A DNA stretch of 44,293 bases from Promethearchaeota archaeon (GTDB lineage Archaea; Asgardarchaeota; Lokiarchaeia; Sigyniarchaeales; SOKP01), in contig JBHLNS010000028.1 of NCBI GenBank assembly GCA_048941285.1, positions 1 through 44,293 on the forward strand. The letters run 5' to 3'. The notes beneath the pieces were generated by a model, which ran no database searches, was not told the origin of the DNA, and saw only the letters and a list, made by a program, of their open reading frames with translations. The position numbers and the translations under genes are program-made. Shown here piece after piece: positions 7,190-17,359 of this stretch. How positions within the stretch are numbered: position 1 is the stretch's first letter; each line of letters begins with the position of its first letter.

Positions 7190-8677
7190 ATGAATTGCGA
7201 AACTACCTTCTCTATGTTATCCCAATCAAAATCAAAGAAAACTAATGTTGTGATTAGTAAAGGTAACACTCCAAAAGAAAGTCTATTAAAAGGAATAGAA
7301 AAACTTGGAGGGATTTCGAATTATATTAGCAAAGATGATCAAGTTTTTATAAAGTTTAATTTAAATTTACCAGGTGGTTTCCCCACAAATACAAACTATG
7401 ACGTGTTAGAAGCACTTATTATTGCTTGTAAAGAAGCAGGAGCTGATAAGATCTATTTAGGAAGTTTTCCAATTAAGGGGATTCCTATTAAGATAATATC
7501 AGATTTATTAAATCTAAAAGAATATTTTGAAACTCTTGGAGCAGAATTAATCTTTTTAGACAACAGCGATCTTTTTGAGGACAAAAATATTGACCAAGAT
7601 CAGTTAAAAAAAATTAAGTACGAATCACTTTCTAAAGTAATAATAAATGATAACGAATTTTTCATACCAAAATTAATTCTCAATTCTAATAAGTTTATAT
7701 CTGTTAACCAGATTAATGTAAATCCTTTATTCAAGTTGAATTTAGCTTTATTGAATTTATATTCAATCCTTCCTCCTAAATATCAAGCAGTTGGAAAAAA
7801 TATTGGGGAAAACATATCCCTTGATCAATACAAGAAAAACTTAATTTCGAATATTTTAGACATATATGCAATTAAGCAACCCGATTTGATAATTAATGAC
7901 TTATTTTATATTTTAGAGGATGCAGGGCCTTATATATATAAAGATTCAAAAATAAAGAAAACTAGATTAATGGTTCTTGGAGATGACACGATTGCTGTTG
8001 ATATGATTACCTTAAAAATATTAAATATTGAAATTAATAGTAGTGAATTAATATCAGGAATACAAAATAAAAATATTGATTCACCTCAATTTTCTAACAT
8101 AAAAATTTTAGGAGAAAAAGTTGAAGATACTCAAATTGATATTGGATTATGTGTTTCAGAGCTAGAGGATATTAAGACAAAGAATTTTATAATTAATTCT
8201 GGGAAAAAATGCTCTGGATGCTTTAAACAGGCATATCATTTATTAAATTTCATGAAAAGTTATATGGGAAAAGACCTTAAATATAATATCAATAACTCTT
8301 TTCTAATAGGGGAGAGACCACCAGAACCCAATAAAGCTAAAAATTATTTTATTTTTGGGGATTGTGCTATAAACACTACAAAAAATTACGACTTTAGAAC
8401 AGCAATTATCGAATCTAAAAAGGATCTCATTACTGGAGCAAAAAATAAGATTTTAAAGAAATCTAAATCTAAAAAGAAAGCTACGATTAAACGAAAAAGC
8501 AACAAAAATATATTAGAATTACATGGATGCCCCCCTAATATTGTTAATTGTTTGGAATTAATATTGAAATATTTTGGTAAGAAAAATCTGCCAAATCTAA
8601 ATTTAATGACAAATGTTAATGAATACTGGATGACAGATCAATTAAAAAATAAATTAAAACTTTGGGAGGAGCTTTAA
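7190..8677 (+). CDS. DUF362-like Fe-S protein
   Basis: LGGISNYISKDDQVFIKFN..TNT, D.IAVD, later CSGC, FGDCA and GCPP motifs. Confidence 0.65.
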   Translation: MNCETTFSMLSQSKSKKTNVVISKGNTPKESLLKGIEKLGGISNYISKDDQVFIKFNLNLPGGFPTNTNYDVLEALIIACKEAGADKIYLGSFPIKGIPIKIISDLLNLKEYFETLGAELIFLDNSDLFEDKNIDQDQLKKIKYESLSKVIINDNEFFIPKLILNSNKFISVNQINVNPLFKLNLALLNLYSILPPKYQAVGKNIGENISLDQYKKNLISNILDIYAIKQPDLIINDLFYILEDAGPYIYKDSKIKKTRLMVLGDDTIAVDMITLKILNIEINSSELISGIQNKNIDSPQFSNIKILGEKVEDTQIDIGLCVSELEDIKTKNFIINSGKKCSGCFKQAYHLLNFMKSYMGKDLKYNINNSFLIGERPPEPNKAKNYFIFGDCAINTTKNYDFRTAIIESKKDLITGAKNKILKKSKSKKKATIKRKSNKNILELHGCPPNIVNCLELILKYFGKKNLPNLNLMTNVNEYWMTDQLKNKLKLWEEL

Positions 8678-8681
8678 TCAA

Positions 8682-10262
8682 TTGATTAATGAAACCTTCA
8701 AGAATAATTGGCTAAAGATACTAAAATTTAATGCAAATAGAGAGATATTGGAGGATCCTAATAAAGTAATGGAAAAATTAAGGATACCCTTTAGCCCAAT
8801 TTCTATAAATCCTAATCTATTATATCGTTTTTTTGAGCTCTTATATCCAAGATTTATAAATGACCAACAAAATATCCTTGATATAATAATATCGGATGAG
8901 GAAAAAAAGAATAAGGTTCAAAGTTTGTTTCTATACACAACTAAAAAAGCAGGGATTCATGAAAATTTTGAACCTCTCCCTAATAACATAATTCGAATTA
9001 AAAGTCTAGAAAGTGAAAATTTGGATGAATTATTTGATAAAGCACAAAAAGCAATATTAAAGGAAAAAAAAATACAAATCTCATCTATTCGTTTATTCAG
9101 AGAAGAAGCTATTGATCTAATTAATAAACATTGCGAGGGGATTGAAGACACATCTATTTATGAATTCTTAGAACGCTCTATGGATTTTATCCAAAAAATT
9201 ATCAATCGAGATTTAATTCTAATTTATCCTGAACCTATTGTTATTAATTTTCTTAGAAACTTTTTAAAATTTGTAGGTAAAACTCATCTGCGAACCTTAT
9301 TTAAAATAATAGAAGAAATTTTTCCTGAATTCAATATTTCTTTATTAGTGAATGGAACTGGCTTTAAAGTTATAATTCATTTGCAAAAACAGATACTTAA
9401 ATCAGGGAAATCTAGCTTAACTGTAAATTTCTTAACTCCAGATGAGTTAGAAATTACCTTAAATGATTCAGATTTAAAGGAAACCTTAAATTTAATTCAA
9501 AAAAAATTAAAAACTGAAAATACATATTATTTAAATCAAAATGGTATTATTTCATTTACATCAGATTTAATTGAGCTTTCAATTCCACTTAAAAAAGATA
9601 ATACACTATTTTTACTTCAGAAAGCCTTATTTGGCTATCGAAGTTTCCAGAGTCTCTGGGATATGGTGCCACGCCCTAAGATTTACAATACTTTAATTAG
9701 ATTTATAATTCGACTTTTTGGGTTTAACGTGAATCTTAAAAAACTTTCACATTGGGCTATTCCTGATTTAATTTTTAATTATATTGATTTTTATATAGGA
9801 TTAAATTCTAGAATACTCTTCGTTATCAGTGACCAAGAAAAAAACAAAAACGGGAAAATAACTCGAAGTAGGGTTAATAAGAATATATATAATCATATGT
9901 TTCTATTGTACTTTGAAAATAGTACTTTAAAGAATATAATAAAAATTACTAATGAAGAGCTTTTTTCAGGGTTAAATAACTCAATATTTTCAATCAAACA
10001 AAAATTAACAGAACAATTTGGTTATATTACAGCTGTTATTATTTTCGATAAACACCTTCTACAAAATATTATTAAATATTTTCTTATTAGTCATTCAAAA
10101 TTTACTTTTTTCCCTCGGTTTAAAACATTGAAGATGTTGAAGAACGAGAAGTATTTTAATATGTATCCTGAATTTCCGTTTTATAAATTAATTAAAAAGA
10201 GAAGAACGATAACTCTAGCAAAATTATTATTGCCAATAATAATTGATAAACATGAATTTTAA
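8682..10262 (+). CDS. Hypothetical protein
   Basis: 526-aa open frame closely coupled to the upstream gene; no motif recognised. Confidence 0.6.
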   Translation: MINETFKNNWLKILKFNANREILEDPNKVMEKLRIPFSPISINPNLLYRFFELLYPRFINDQQNILDIIISDEEKKNKVQSLFLYTTKKAGIHENFEPLPNNIIRIKSLESENLDELFDKAQKAILKEKKIQISSIRLFREEAIDLINKHCEGIEDTSIYEFLERSMDFIQKIINRDLILIYPEPIVINFLRNFLKFVGKTHLRTLFKIIEEIFPEFNISLLVNGTGFKVIIHLQKQILKSGKSSLTVNFLTPDELEITLNDSDLKETLNLIQKKLKTENTYYLNQNGIISFTSDLIELSIPLKKDNTLFLLQKALFGYRSFQSLWDMVPRPKIYNTLIRFIIRLFGFNVNLKKLSHWAIPDLIFNYIDFYIGLNSRILFVISDQEKNKNGKITRSRVNKNIYNHMFLLYFENSTLKNIIKITNEELFSGLNNSIFSIKQKLTEQFGYITAVIIFDKHLLQNIIKYFLISHSKFTFFPRFKTLKMLKNEKYFNMYPEFPFYKLIKKRRTITLAKLLLPIIIDKHEF

Positions 10263-10271
10263 AATAATTGT

Positions 10272-11360
10272 TTATTTTACAAATCCTTGAGATACTAATA
10301 ATTCTGCGTTTAAAATAGCCCCACCTGCTGCACCTCTTATTGTATTATGACTTAGTGACACAAATTTATAATCTAAAACATTGTCTTCTCTAAGTCTACC
10401 TACTGTAACTGCCATTCCTTTTTCATTATCTCTATCTTTTTTTGGTTGAGGCCTATCTATATTTTCTAAATAAACTATTGGCTGTTTTGGTGCAAATGGT
10501 AAACATAATTCCTGAGGGAGTGATTTAAATGAATTCCAAACTTGTATAATATCTTCTCTTGATGGTATACTTTCTTTGAATTTAATACTTACAATAGCAG
10601 TATGACCATCTGACACTGGAACTCTAGTACAAGTTGCACTTATTTTTATGGTATTATTATTCTCAATTCCCTCTTTTCCAAGTTTCCCAAGTATTTTTAA
10701 TGGTTCTTTTTCGGTCTTTTCTTCCTCCCCCTCAATAAAAGGAACTATGTTATCAATTACGTCTAAAGATGGTACACCAGGATAACCAGCACCCGAAATT
10801 GCTTGTAACGTTGTTATAATTAATTTACTCACTTTGTACCCTGCTTCTTCCAGAGCATAAATTGGAGTAAGATAACTTTGAAGTGAACAATTAGGTTTTA
10901 CAATTATAAAACCAGTTGTAAGACCTCTTCTTTTTTGTTGAATTGGTATCATCTTTAAATGTTCATGGTTAATTTCACCAATTACCATTGGTACATCAGG
11001 AGTCCAACGATGAGCTGAATTATTACTTATTACTGAAAAACCCATATTAGCGTATTCAAGCTCCAACTCTTTTATTTGCTTTTTTGTAGGCATATTAATT
11101 GCAGAAAAAATAAATTTAAGATTATCGGGAATTTTTTCAAAATCTTGTACATCTCTCACAATCAGATTTTTAACACCATCTGGAATTGGAATAGCCATCT
11201 GCCATTTAGCATCAACAGCTTCTTTATAAGGCTTTCCAGCTGATTTAGGAGAAGCTGCTACATCTACAATTTCAAACCAAGGATGATTACACAATAATTT
11301 AACATAATTTTGCCCAACTGCTCCTGTAGCACCCAAAACACCCACATTAAACTTTTTCAT
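10272..11360 (-). CDS. asd: Aspartate-semialdehyde dehydrogenase (archaeal/fungal type)
   Basis: GVLGATGAVGQ, PNCS, QAISGAGYPGV, CTRVPVSDGH, HNTIRGAAG. Confidence 0.95.
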   Translation of the reverse strand: MKKFNVGVLGATGAVGQNYVKLLCNHPWFEIVDVAASPKSAGKPYKEAVDAKWQMAIPIPDGVKNLIVRDVQDFEKIPDNLKFIFSAINMPTKKQIKELELEYANMGFSVISNNSAHRWTPDVPMVIGEINHEHLKMIPIQQKRRGLTTGFIIVKPNCSLQSYLTPIYALEEAGYKVSKLIITTLQAISGAGYPGVPSLDVIDNIVPFIEGEEEKTEKEPLKILGKLGKEGIENNNTIKISATCTRVPVSDGHTAIVSIKFKESIPSREDIIQVWNSFKSLPQELCLPFAPKQPIVYLENIDRPQPKKDRDNEKGMAVTVGRLREDNVLDYKFVSLSHNTIRGAAGGAILNAELLVSQGFVK

Positions 11361-11546
11361 AAAAAAACCTTCATAATTTAATTTTTTTTAAATCTTGAAA
11401 ATGAAAATCAAATTTTAAATTATTTTCAAAATCAATTTAAATTTTTTCGACTAAAAAAGGTAATTTTGTTAAATTTTTATTTTTTAATATCTTTAAAAAA
11501 ATAGAATTCAAGAACTTTTTAACAGTATTGATATGTGATATTCTTT

Positions 11547-12077
11547 ATGCCAGGACCTTTTGAAGAGCTTGAAAAAGAAGCAGAAACATTGGAAAATCGA
11601 TCAAAAGAAGAGTTTAATAAAAAAAATTACATCTCAGCAATTAATTTTCTCGAGGAGGCGAAAAAAATGTATTCAAAATTAGGATATCATGGTAAAATTG
11701 GGATGCTTGATAAACGAATATCTCAATTAAAAAATTTGGTTAAATTCGAAACGCAAGATACTTATGTAAAAACTAAAGCCGAAGAAAATTTCCAAAGATA
11801 CACCGAAAAAGTTTTCCAAGAAAAAAAATTGTATGGTGATAATAAGCATTTAGGACAAACAGCTCTCTCTCCAGAAATGAAACAAAATCTAAAAAAGATC
11901 GAATTAATTTTGGAAAAAGCTGAAAGAGAGGAAAAGTTAGGAAAATATTCTAGAGTTATGGGAAGATATGAATATCTTCTTGAATTATATAAATCAATAC
12001 CCAAAGAAGTAGTAAATTTCTCTAAACAAATACATGAAATTGAGAAGAAATTAGAGATGATTCGTGAGAAATTATAA
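11547..12077 (+). CDS. Helical hypothetical protein with two TPR/MIT-like units
   Basis: KKNYISAINFLEEAKKMY and LGKYSRVMGRYEYLLELY helical pairs; ATG at 11547. Confidence 0.55.
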   Translation: MPGPFEELEKEAETLENRSKEEFNKKNYISAINFLEEAKKMYSKLGYHGKIGMLDKRISQLKNLVKFETQDTYVKTKAEENFQRYTEKVFQEKKLYGDNKHLGQTALSPEMKQNLKKIELILEKAEREEKLGKYSRVMGRYEYLLELYKSIPKEVVNFSKQIHEIEKKLEMIREKL

Positions 12078-12117
12078 ATTTACTCTTTTCTCATAATAAC
12101 AAAAAAAATGAAGTCTA

Positions 12118-13158
12118 ATGAAAAATCCTTTTAATGAATTCTATCACGTACCAAATTCTAAAGAATTTTTAGATATTGCCTTTAAAAGAGGAATGAAGAG
12201 TTCTGCTCAGGTCTCTCAAAATGCACCAATATTAATTAAGGCAAAGAAGAAAGAATCTAAGCGTATAAAAGTTGCCATTGAAGAACTCATAGATAGAATT
12301 CAAAGAGTTATCAAAATGGTTCCGATTATTGATGATCTTCCAGATTTTTACAGAGAATTGGCATCAATTTTAGTGAATATTGATGAATTGAAACTAACCC
12401 TTGGAAAAATAAATGGTATTATCCCAGTTCTTAGAAAAATAGAACGAGAATATCTTAATAAATTGAATCAAATAGAACTTCCAAAAGATGCTGATCGCTT
12501 ACGACGAGCTGCATTTGGGCGGGTATCATCAATTATAAATAAACAAAATACAAATCTTGAATATTTGAATGAAATAAGAGGACGTTTGAGAGAAATTCCT
12601 TCAATTGATTATACTATACCGTGTGTTGTTGTTGCAGGGTATCCAAATGTAGGAAAGAGTAGTATCGTTAAAAATGTCTCTACGAATAAAAAAATAGAAG
12701 TAAAAGAATACCCTTTCACAACCAAAAAGTTGAATATGGGACATTTAGAAATTCAAAGAAGGTTCGATACAATTAAAATTCAGTGTTTAGATACTCCAGG
12801 GATTTTAGATCGTCCTATGGCTAAAAGAAATAATATTGAGTTACAAGCAATTTTGGCTTTAAGGTTAATATCTGATTTAATTATCTTTATCTTCGATCCC
12901 ACACCTGCAAGTGGTTATGACGTTGAATCACAAATTGAATTATATAATGAAATTAAACATAATTTTTCAAAGGAAGGGCAAATAGAGATTCTTATCATAT
13001 TTAATAAGATGGATTTAGCTAATCATTCAGAAATAGAGTATTTAAGAGAAAGGTTAAACGTAATGGAAAGTGAGGTTTACTTAACAAATGCTCTTACAGG
13101 AGAGAATCTTGACAAAATAGTTAGTCTATTAAAAGAAAAATTCAGAGGTAATAAATGA
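12118..13158 (+). CDS. nog1: Nog1-family ribosome biogenesis GTPase
   Basis: PDFYREL, AGYPNVGKSS, YPFTTK, DTPGILDRP..RNNIE, NKMD. Confidence 0.92.
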   Translation: MKNPFNEFYHVPNSKEFLDIAFKRGMKSSAQVSQNAPILIKAKKKESKRIKVAIEELIDRIQRVIKMVPIIDDLPDFYRELASILVNIDELKLTLGKINGIIPVLRKIEREYLNKLNQIELPKDADRLRRAAFGRVSSIINKQNTNLEYLNEIRGRLREIPSIDYTIPCVVVAGYPNVGKSSIVKNVSTNKKIEVKEYPFTTKKLNMGHLEIQRRFDTIKIQCLDTPGILDRPMAKRNNIELQAILALRLISDLIIFIFDPTPASGYDVESQIELYNEIKHNFSKEGQIEILIIFNKMDLANHSEIEYLRERLNVMESEVYLTNALTGENLDKIVSLLKEKFRGNK

Positions 13159-14228
13159 CAATCATTTTAGGGTTAGATATTGGAGGAGCAAATACAAAAA
13201 CAGCCTTACTTAACTTCAAAGATAACAAAATAATAGAATCTTTTTCATATATTGAATATTTTCCATTCTGGAAAAAAAATGTCTTGGAAATTCCTGAAAT
13301 GTTAATCCATGTCTCAAAAAATTTAGTTGAAAAAAATAATTACAGTTTAAACAATATTGATCATTATGCTATTACTATTACAGCTGAACTTTCTGATGCT
13401 TTTCAAACAAAGAGAGAGGGAATTCATACAATTTTAAATGCACTTACAAAAGTTTTTAGAAAAGATAAATTGAGATTCATCACAAATGAATGCCATTTTA
13501 TTGATTTTAATATAGCTAAATCAAAATATTTCTCAATCGCAGCAGCGAATTGGGCTTCAACTGCTCTGTTTTTAGGAAAATTTGTACCAGAATGCATTTT
13601 AATTGATGCTGGATCAACAACTATCGATATCATTCCTATATTAAATTCTATTCCCGTACCACAAGGAAAAGATGATATTTCACGCTTAATGAATCATGAA
13701 TTAATCTATACAGGGGGTTTAAGAGCTACAATTCCCTCTATAACACACCACGTTTTTTATAAGAATAAAAATATACGTATTTCATTTGAAAATTTTGCTT
13801 TAATCTCTGATGTTCATAGAATATTAAATAATATCACAGAAAACGAATATATTAATGATACTGCTGATAATCGTTCTAAATCCTTAGAAGATTCTTATGC
13901 TCGACTTTCTAGAATAATTTGTATGGACATTGAAACAATTTCAAAAGAAGCTTTAGATTTAATAGCTAATTTTATTTATCAGAAACAATTAGAGATTATA
14001 ACAAGAGAAATTAGAGCTTTTATGAATTATCTTAATTTAAGGCTAAAGGAGTTTAATGATAATCCTAAATTTGTAATAACTGGCTTATCAGCAAATTTTC
14101 TGATAAAAAAGCCACTCCAAGATTTAGGCTTTACTAATATAATAAATTATGAAGATATTACAAACATACCCGATAACATTAGCTCCTCCGCTTATGCTGT
14201 GGCAGGAGCATTTTATAATCAATTATAA
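13155..14228 (+). CDS. mfnF: Hydantoinase/oxoprolinase-family methanofuran biosynthesis protein MfnF
   Basis: GLDIGGANTK, TAELSDAF.TKREG, AAANW, DAGSTTIDIIP, ELIYTG..R; overlaps the nog1 stop and is adjacent to mfnE. Confidence 0.8.
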   Translation: MTIILGLDIGGANTKTALLNFKDNKIIESFSYIEYFPFWKKNVLEIPEMLIHVSKNLVEKNNYSLNNIDHYAITITAELSDAFQTKREGIHTILNALTKVFRKDKLRFITNECHFIDFNIAKSKYFSIAAANWASTALFLGKFVPECILIDAGSTTIDIIPILNSIPVPQGKDDISRLMNHELIYTGGLRATIPSITHHVFYKNKNIRISFENFALISDVHRILNNITENEYINDTADNRSKSLEDSYARLSRIICMDIETISKEALDLIANFIYQKQLEIITREIRAFMNYLNLRLKEFNDNPKFVITGLSANFLIKKPLQDLGFTNIINYEDITNIPDNISSSAYAVAGAFYNQL

Positions 14229-14244
14229 AACATGTGAAAAAAAA

Positions 14245-14967
14245 ATGAATGAAAAAGTAGCCGTATTTAAAATTGGCGGAAAAATTTTAGATAATTTTGA
14301 AAATTTGCAATTCACAATTTCACAATTGGCCCAATTATATGAAGAGAATTTGATTGATAAGATAATATTAATTCCAGGAGGAGGTTCGTTTGCAAACTTT
14401 ATTCGTAAAATATATAGTGAATTAAAGTTTACTGAAGAAATTGCTCATTGGATGGGAATTATTTCCATGAATTATAATGGGTTAGAGTTAAACAAGAAAT
14501 ATCCTAACTTAGAAGTGATTGAAAACTTTGATAGATTAAAAGAAATAAGTAAAATTTTTTGCATATTTCTACCCTACGAATACATAAAAGAAAATGATAA
14601 ATTGCCACATAGTTGGGATGTTACTTCTGATTCGATATCATTGTTTATAACAAAGGAACTCGAGCTAAATGAATGTTTTTTGATTAAAGATGTAGATGGG
14701 ATTTTAAATAGGAATGGGCAGGTTATAAAAGAGATTACTACTTCAGAATACAAGCATCTTAAGGACTCCGATATATTAAATGAATCTTTATCTAAAAATG
14801 AATTATTAAAGGAAAAAACAAAACCAATTGACCTATTTGCAACAACACTCATTGAAAATTATGAATTAACGTGTATTATTTTAAATGGAACTAAAAGTTC
14901 CTCAAGAATTTTAAATTATTTCAAATCAACTAAATTGGAAGATAAAATTTATACAAAAATCATATGA
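14245..14967 (+). CDS. mfnE: Amino-acid-kinase-family methanofuran biosynthesis kinase MfnE
   Basis: VFKIGG, IPGGGSFAN, AHWMGI, LPHSWDVTSDSI, KDVDG; start moved to ATG 14245. Confidence 0.8.
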   Translation: MNEKVAVFKIGGKILDNFENLQFTISQLAQLYEENLIDKIILIPGGGSFANFIRKIYSELKFTEEIAHWMGIISMNYNGLELNKKYPNLEVIENFDRLKEISKIFCIFLPYEYIKENDKLPHSWDVTSDSISLFITKELELNECFLIKDVDGILNRNGQVIKEITTSEYKHLKDSDILNESLSKNELLKEKTKPIDLFATTLIENYELTCIILNGTKSSSRILNYFKSTKLEDKIYTKII

Positions 14968-15106
14968 AAAATAATCAAGCAAATTAGCTTTGGTTTAATG
15001 ATATTTTTGTTAAATTTTATATTTAAAATTAAAGTTTTAATTAAATTGAACTTAATTTATAATTAATATAATAATTATATTCGATAAATTCAAGAGTGAA
15101 ATCAAC

Positions 15107-15607
15107 ATGGATATTGAAGAAATGAAAAAAAATGCTCAATTTCTAATTGATAATATCAAAGGCAGGGATATCCCTGGCTCTACGACAGTAAGTATTAGAT
15201 ATAAAAATATGGTCAATTTTGCTAAAGTTTACGGGATAACTGACCCTAAATATGTTGGATCAGAGGAGGAAGGTGTTGTTGCCTGTCATGCTTTTGCTAA
15301 CTTTTATACAATTAAAGCAATTTATAAATTACTTTTAGGATTTAGATTAAATCAAGATGGGAAAGAACGAGGACTTGCCATTGATTTAGGCAAATTAATA
15401 CACGCAGGTAATCGATATAATTGGGAAGGCTGCGTTGATGTTAAACCAGGGGATAAACTAACAGTAACGGGAAAATGCGTTGATGCAAAATTAATAGAAA
15501 AGAATATGTTGTTCATTACTGACTTTTTAGTAAATGTTAAAAATCAAAATAATGAACCAGTTTGTAATATTACAATTTCTGCTGGTTTTCGTAAAGGAGG
15601 GTATTAA
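15107..15607 (+). CDS. MaoC-like hotdog-fold protein (FAS1 dehydratase N-type, likely non-catalytic partner)
   Basis: FAKVYGITDPKY, LIHAG.RYNW, VKPGDKLTV, VKNQNNEPV. Confidence 0.7.
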   Translation: MDIEEMKKNAQFLIDNIKGRDIPGSTTVSIRYKNMVNFAKVYGITDPKYVGSEEEGVVACHAFANFYTIKAIYKLLLGFRLNQDGKERGLAIDLGKLIHAGNRYNWEGCVDVKPGDKLTVTGKCVDAKLIEKNMLFITDFLVNVKNQNNEPVCNITISAGFRKGGY

Positions 15608-15608
15608 A

Positions 15609-16157
15609 ATGGTTAAAATCTCAGATATAAAAGTTGGACAAGTGTTAACAAGTGAATTTGATGGAATTACAAGAGATCTACTAAAACAATACGCTAAAGC
15701 CTCTGGAGATACTAACCCTATTCATACTAATGATATTGTTGCTGAAAGAGCAGGTCTTAAAGGTGTTATTGGTCATGGATTGCTAAGTTTTGGATTTATT
15801 TCAAAATTATTTGAAGATTTTCTCGAACATGGAAAATTTGGAAATCTTATTGATATTAGTGTTCAAATGAGAGGGATGGTAAGATGCGGAGATCTTCTAA
15901 TCACTGAAGCGACTGTTAATAAAATTGAAGGCAACAAAGTTTATTTTGATGTAGTTCAAACCACCATTACTAATGTTGACATAAAGGATATGGATGGTAA
16001 CATTGTAAAACAATTTGAAGCTGGTGAAAGAGGATATATAACTGAACAAGATATCGAACGTGGTTTAGTAAAAACTAAAAAAGTTCCAGAAGGAACTCTC
16101 ACATACAGAGAAAGAGTAGCAACTCCTGGAGAAGCTATTATTGAACTTTTTGAATAA
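15609..16157 (+). CDS. MaoC-family (R)-hydratase/dehydratase
   Basis: YAKASGDTNPIH...GVIGHG hydratase-2 motif; start moved to ATG 15609. Confidence 0.85.
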   Translation: MVKISDIKVGQVLTSEFDGITRDLLKQYAKASGDTNPIHTNDIVAERAGLKGVIGHGLLSFGFISKLFEDFLEHGKFGNLIDISVQMRGMVRCGDLLITEATVNKIEGNKVYFDVVQTTITNVDIKDMDGNIVKQFEAGERGYITEQDIERGLVKTKKVPEGTLTYRERVATPGEAIIELFE

Positions 16158-16175
16158 AAAAAACTCTTTATTCTC

Positions 16176-17159
16176 TTATTCTTTTTTTTCTAAATTTTTA
16201 ATATTAGATTCAAATTCTTTTATTGCTCCTAAAAAGTTAATGGATCTAGCAGCGTTAATCATAAGGTTATAATAATTAATAGCTGCCTCTACATCTATTT
16301 TTTCTACAATTTCCTCTCCTCGTCTTTGAATAAGGACCATTAAAGGTTTTATACGATGCACCCTTTCAGCAGCTGTAAATGCTTTTTTAAAATACTCTAA
16401 AGCATTTTCTAATTCCTTTTTCATGAAATATATAAAACCTATAGCAAAATAAGCAAATTGTAATGAAAAAATAAAGCCGATTTCTTCTCTTAATTCTGCT
16501 GATTTTTTAAAATATTCGAGCCCTTTATCTAGGTCATCCTTATTATATGCATAATGACCTGCCAGATGTCGATAAAGATATGATTGTTCAAGTTTAAAAT
16601 CTTCCTCCATTGCTATTTTTAAACCTTTTTCAAAATAATCATATGATGTTTGATGATCCTTTTCATCGGGATCCTTTCTGTTTTCATGATAAATCCCTAA
16701 ATGAAAATAAGACCAAGTAATTCCCAATTTATCTTGTATCTGAGTTCGTATTGATAGAGCTTGTTTGTAATACTTCAATGCATCCTCAAAATCTCCTTCA
16801 AGTATTCCTGCACGATAAATACAATTTCCATAAAGATCAAGAGCATCTGCCTGGATGCTTTTTACATTTGATAATTCTGCTAATTTCTGAGCATCTTGAA
16901 GCATCTTCATTTCCTCACTATAATCAAAATCCTTGAGAAACTTATGATCCATTCTAATTTTAGCAAATTGTATTAGAATTCGAGCTTTATCCTCATTTCT
17001 TAAATTATCAAAGTCTAATATTGGCTTTATAGATTCGAAAAATAACATTGCCTCATTAAATCTCCCTTCGAAACGATAAACTTCAGAGATTTTATACACT
17101 TTATCAATAAATTCTGTAAATAGATTTTCAAGCATATTTCCCACGTTTAGAAATCTCAC
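16176..17159 (-). CDS. Tetratricopeptide-repeat protein
   Basis: Repeated ALKYYKQAL / GLEYFKKSA / ALEYFKKAF TPR units. Confidence 0.8.
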   Translation of the reverse strand: MRFLNVGNMLENLFTEFIDKVYKISEVYRFEGRFNEAMLFFESIKPILDFDNLRNEDKARILIQFAKIRMDHKFLKDFDYSEEMKMLQDAQKLAELSNVKSIQADALDLYGNCIYRAGILEGDFEDALKYYKQALSIRTQIQDKLGITWSYFHLGIYHENRKDPDEKDHQTSYDYFEKGLKIAMEEDFKLEQSYLYRHLAGHYAYNKDDLDKGLEYFKKSAELREEIGFIFSLQFAYFAIGFIYFMKKELENALEYFKKAFTAAERVHRIKPLMVLIQRRGEEIVEKIDVEAAINYYNLMINAARSINFLGAIKEFESNIKNLEKKE

Positions 17160-17359
17160 TCAGATCTAATATCAATAATGAAATTTTGGTATTTGTTAGA
17201 TTTAATCAAAAGATTAATTTATAGATTTATTGATTGAACTACGGTAGGAGTATTTAGTTCTATTGAAGTATCTAATATAAATATAAATATTTATACTACT
17301 TTGATAGAAGAGATATTTGAAGTTATAATTTTAAAAAATAATTCTTTTTTCCAACCGCA

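Noticed and set aside
14149-15608. Extended N-termini of track ORFs 14149 and 15534 (also 39775)
   Set aside because: They overlap upstream genes; downstream ATGs at 14245, 15609 and 39712 fit family starts and coupling.
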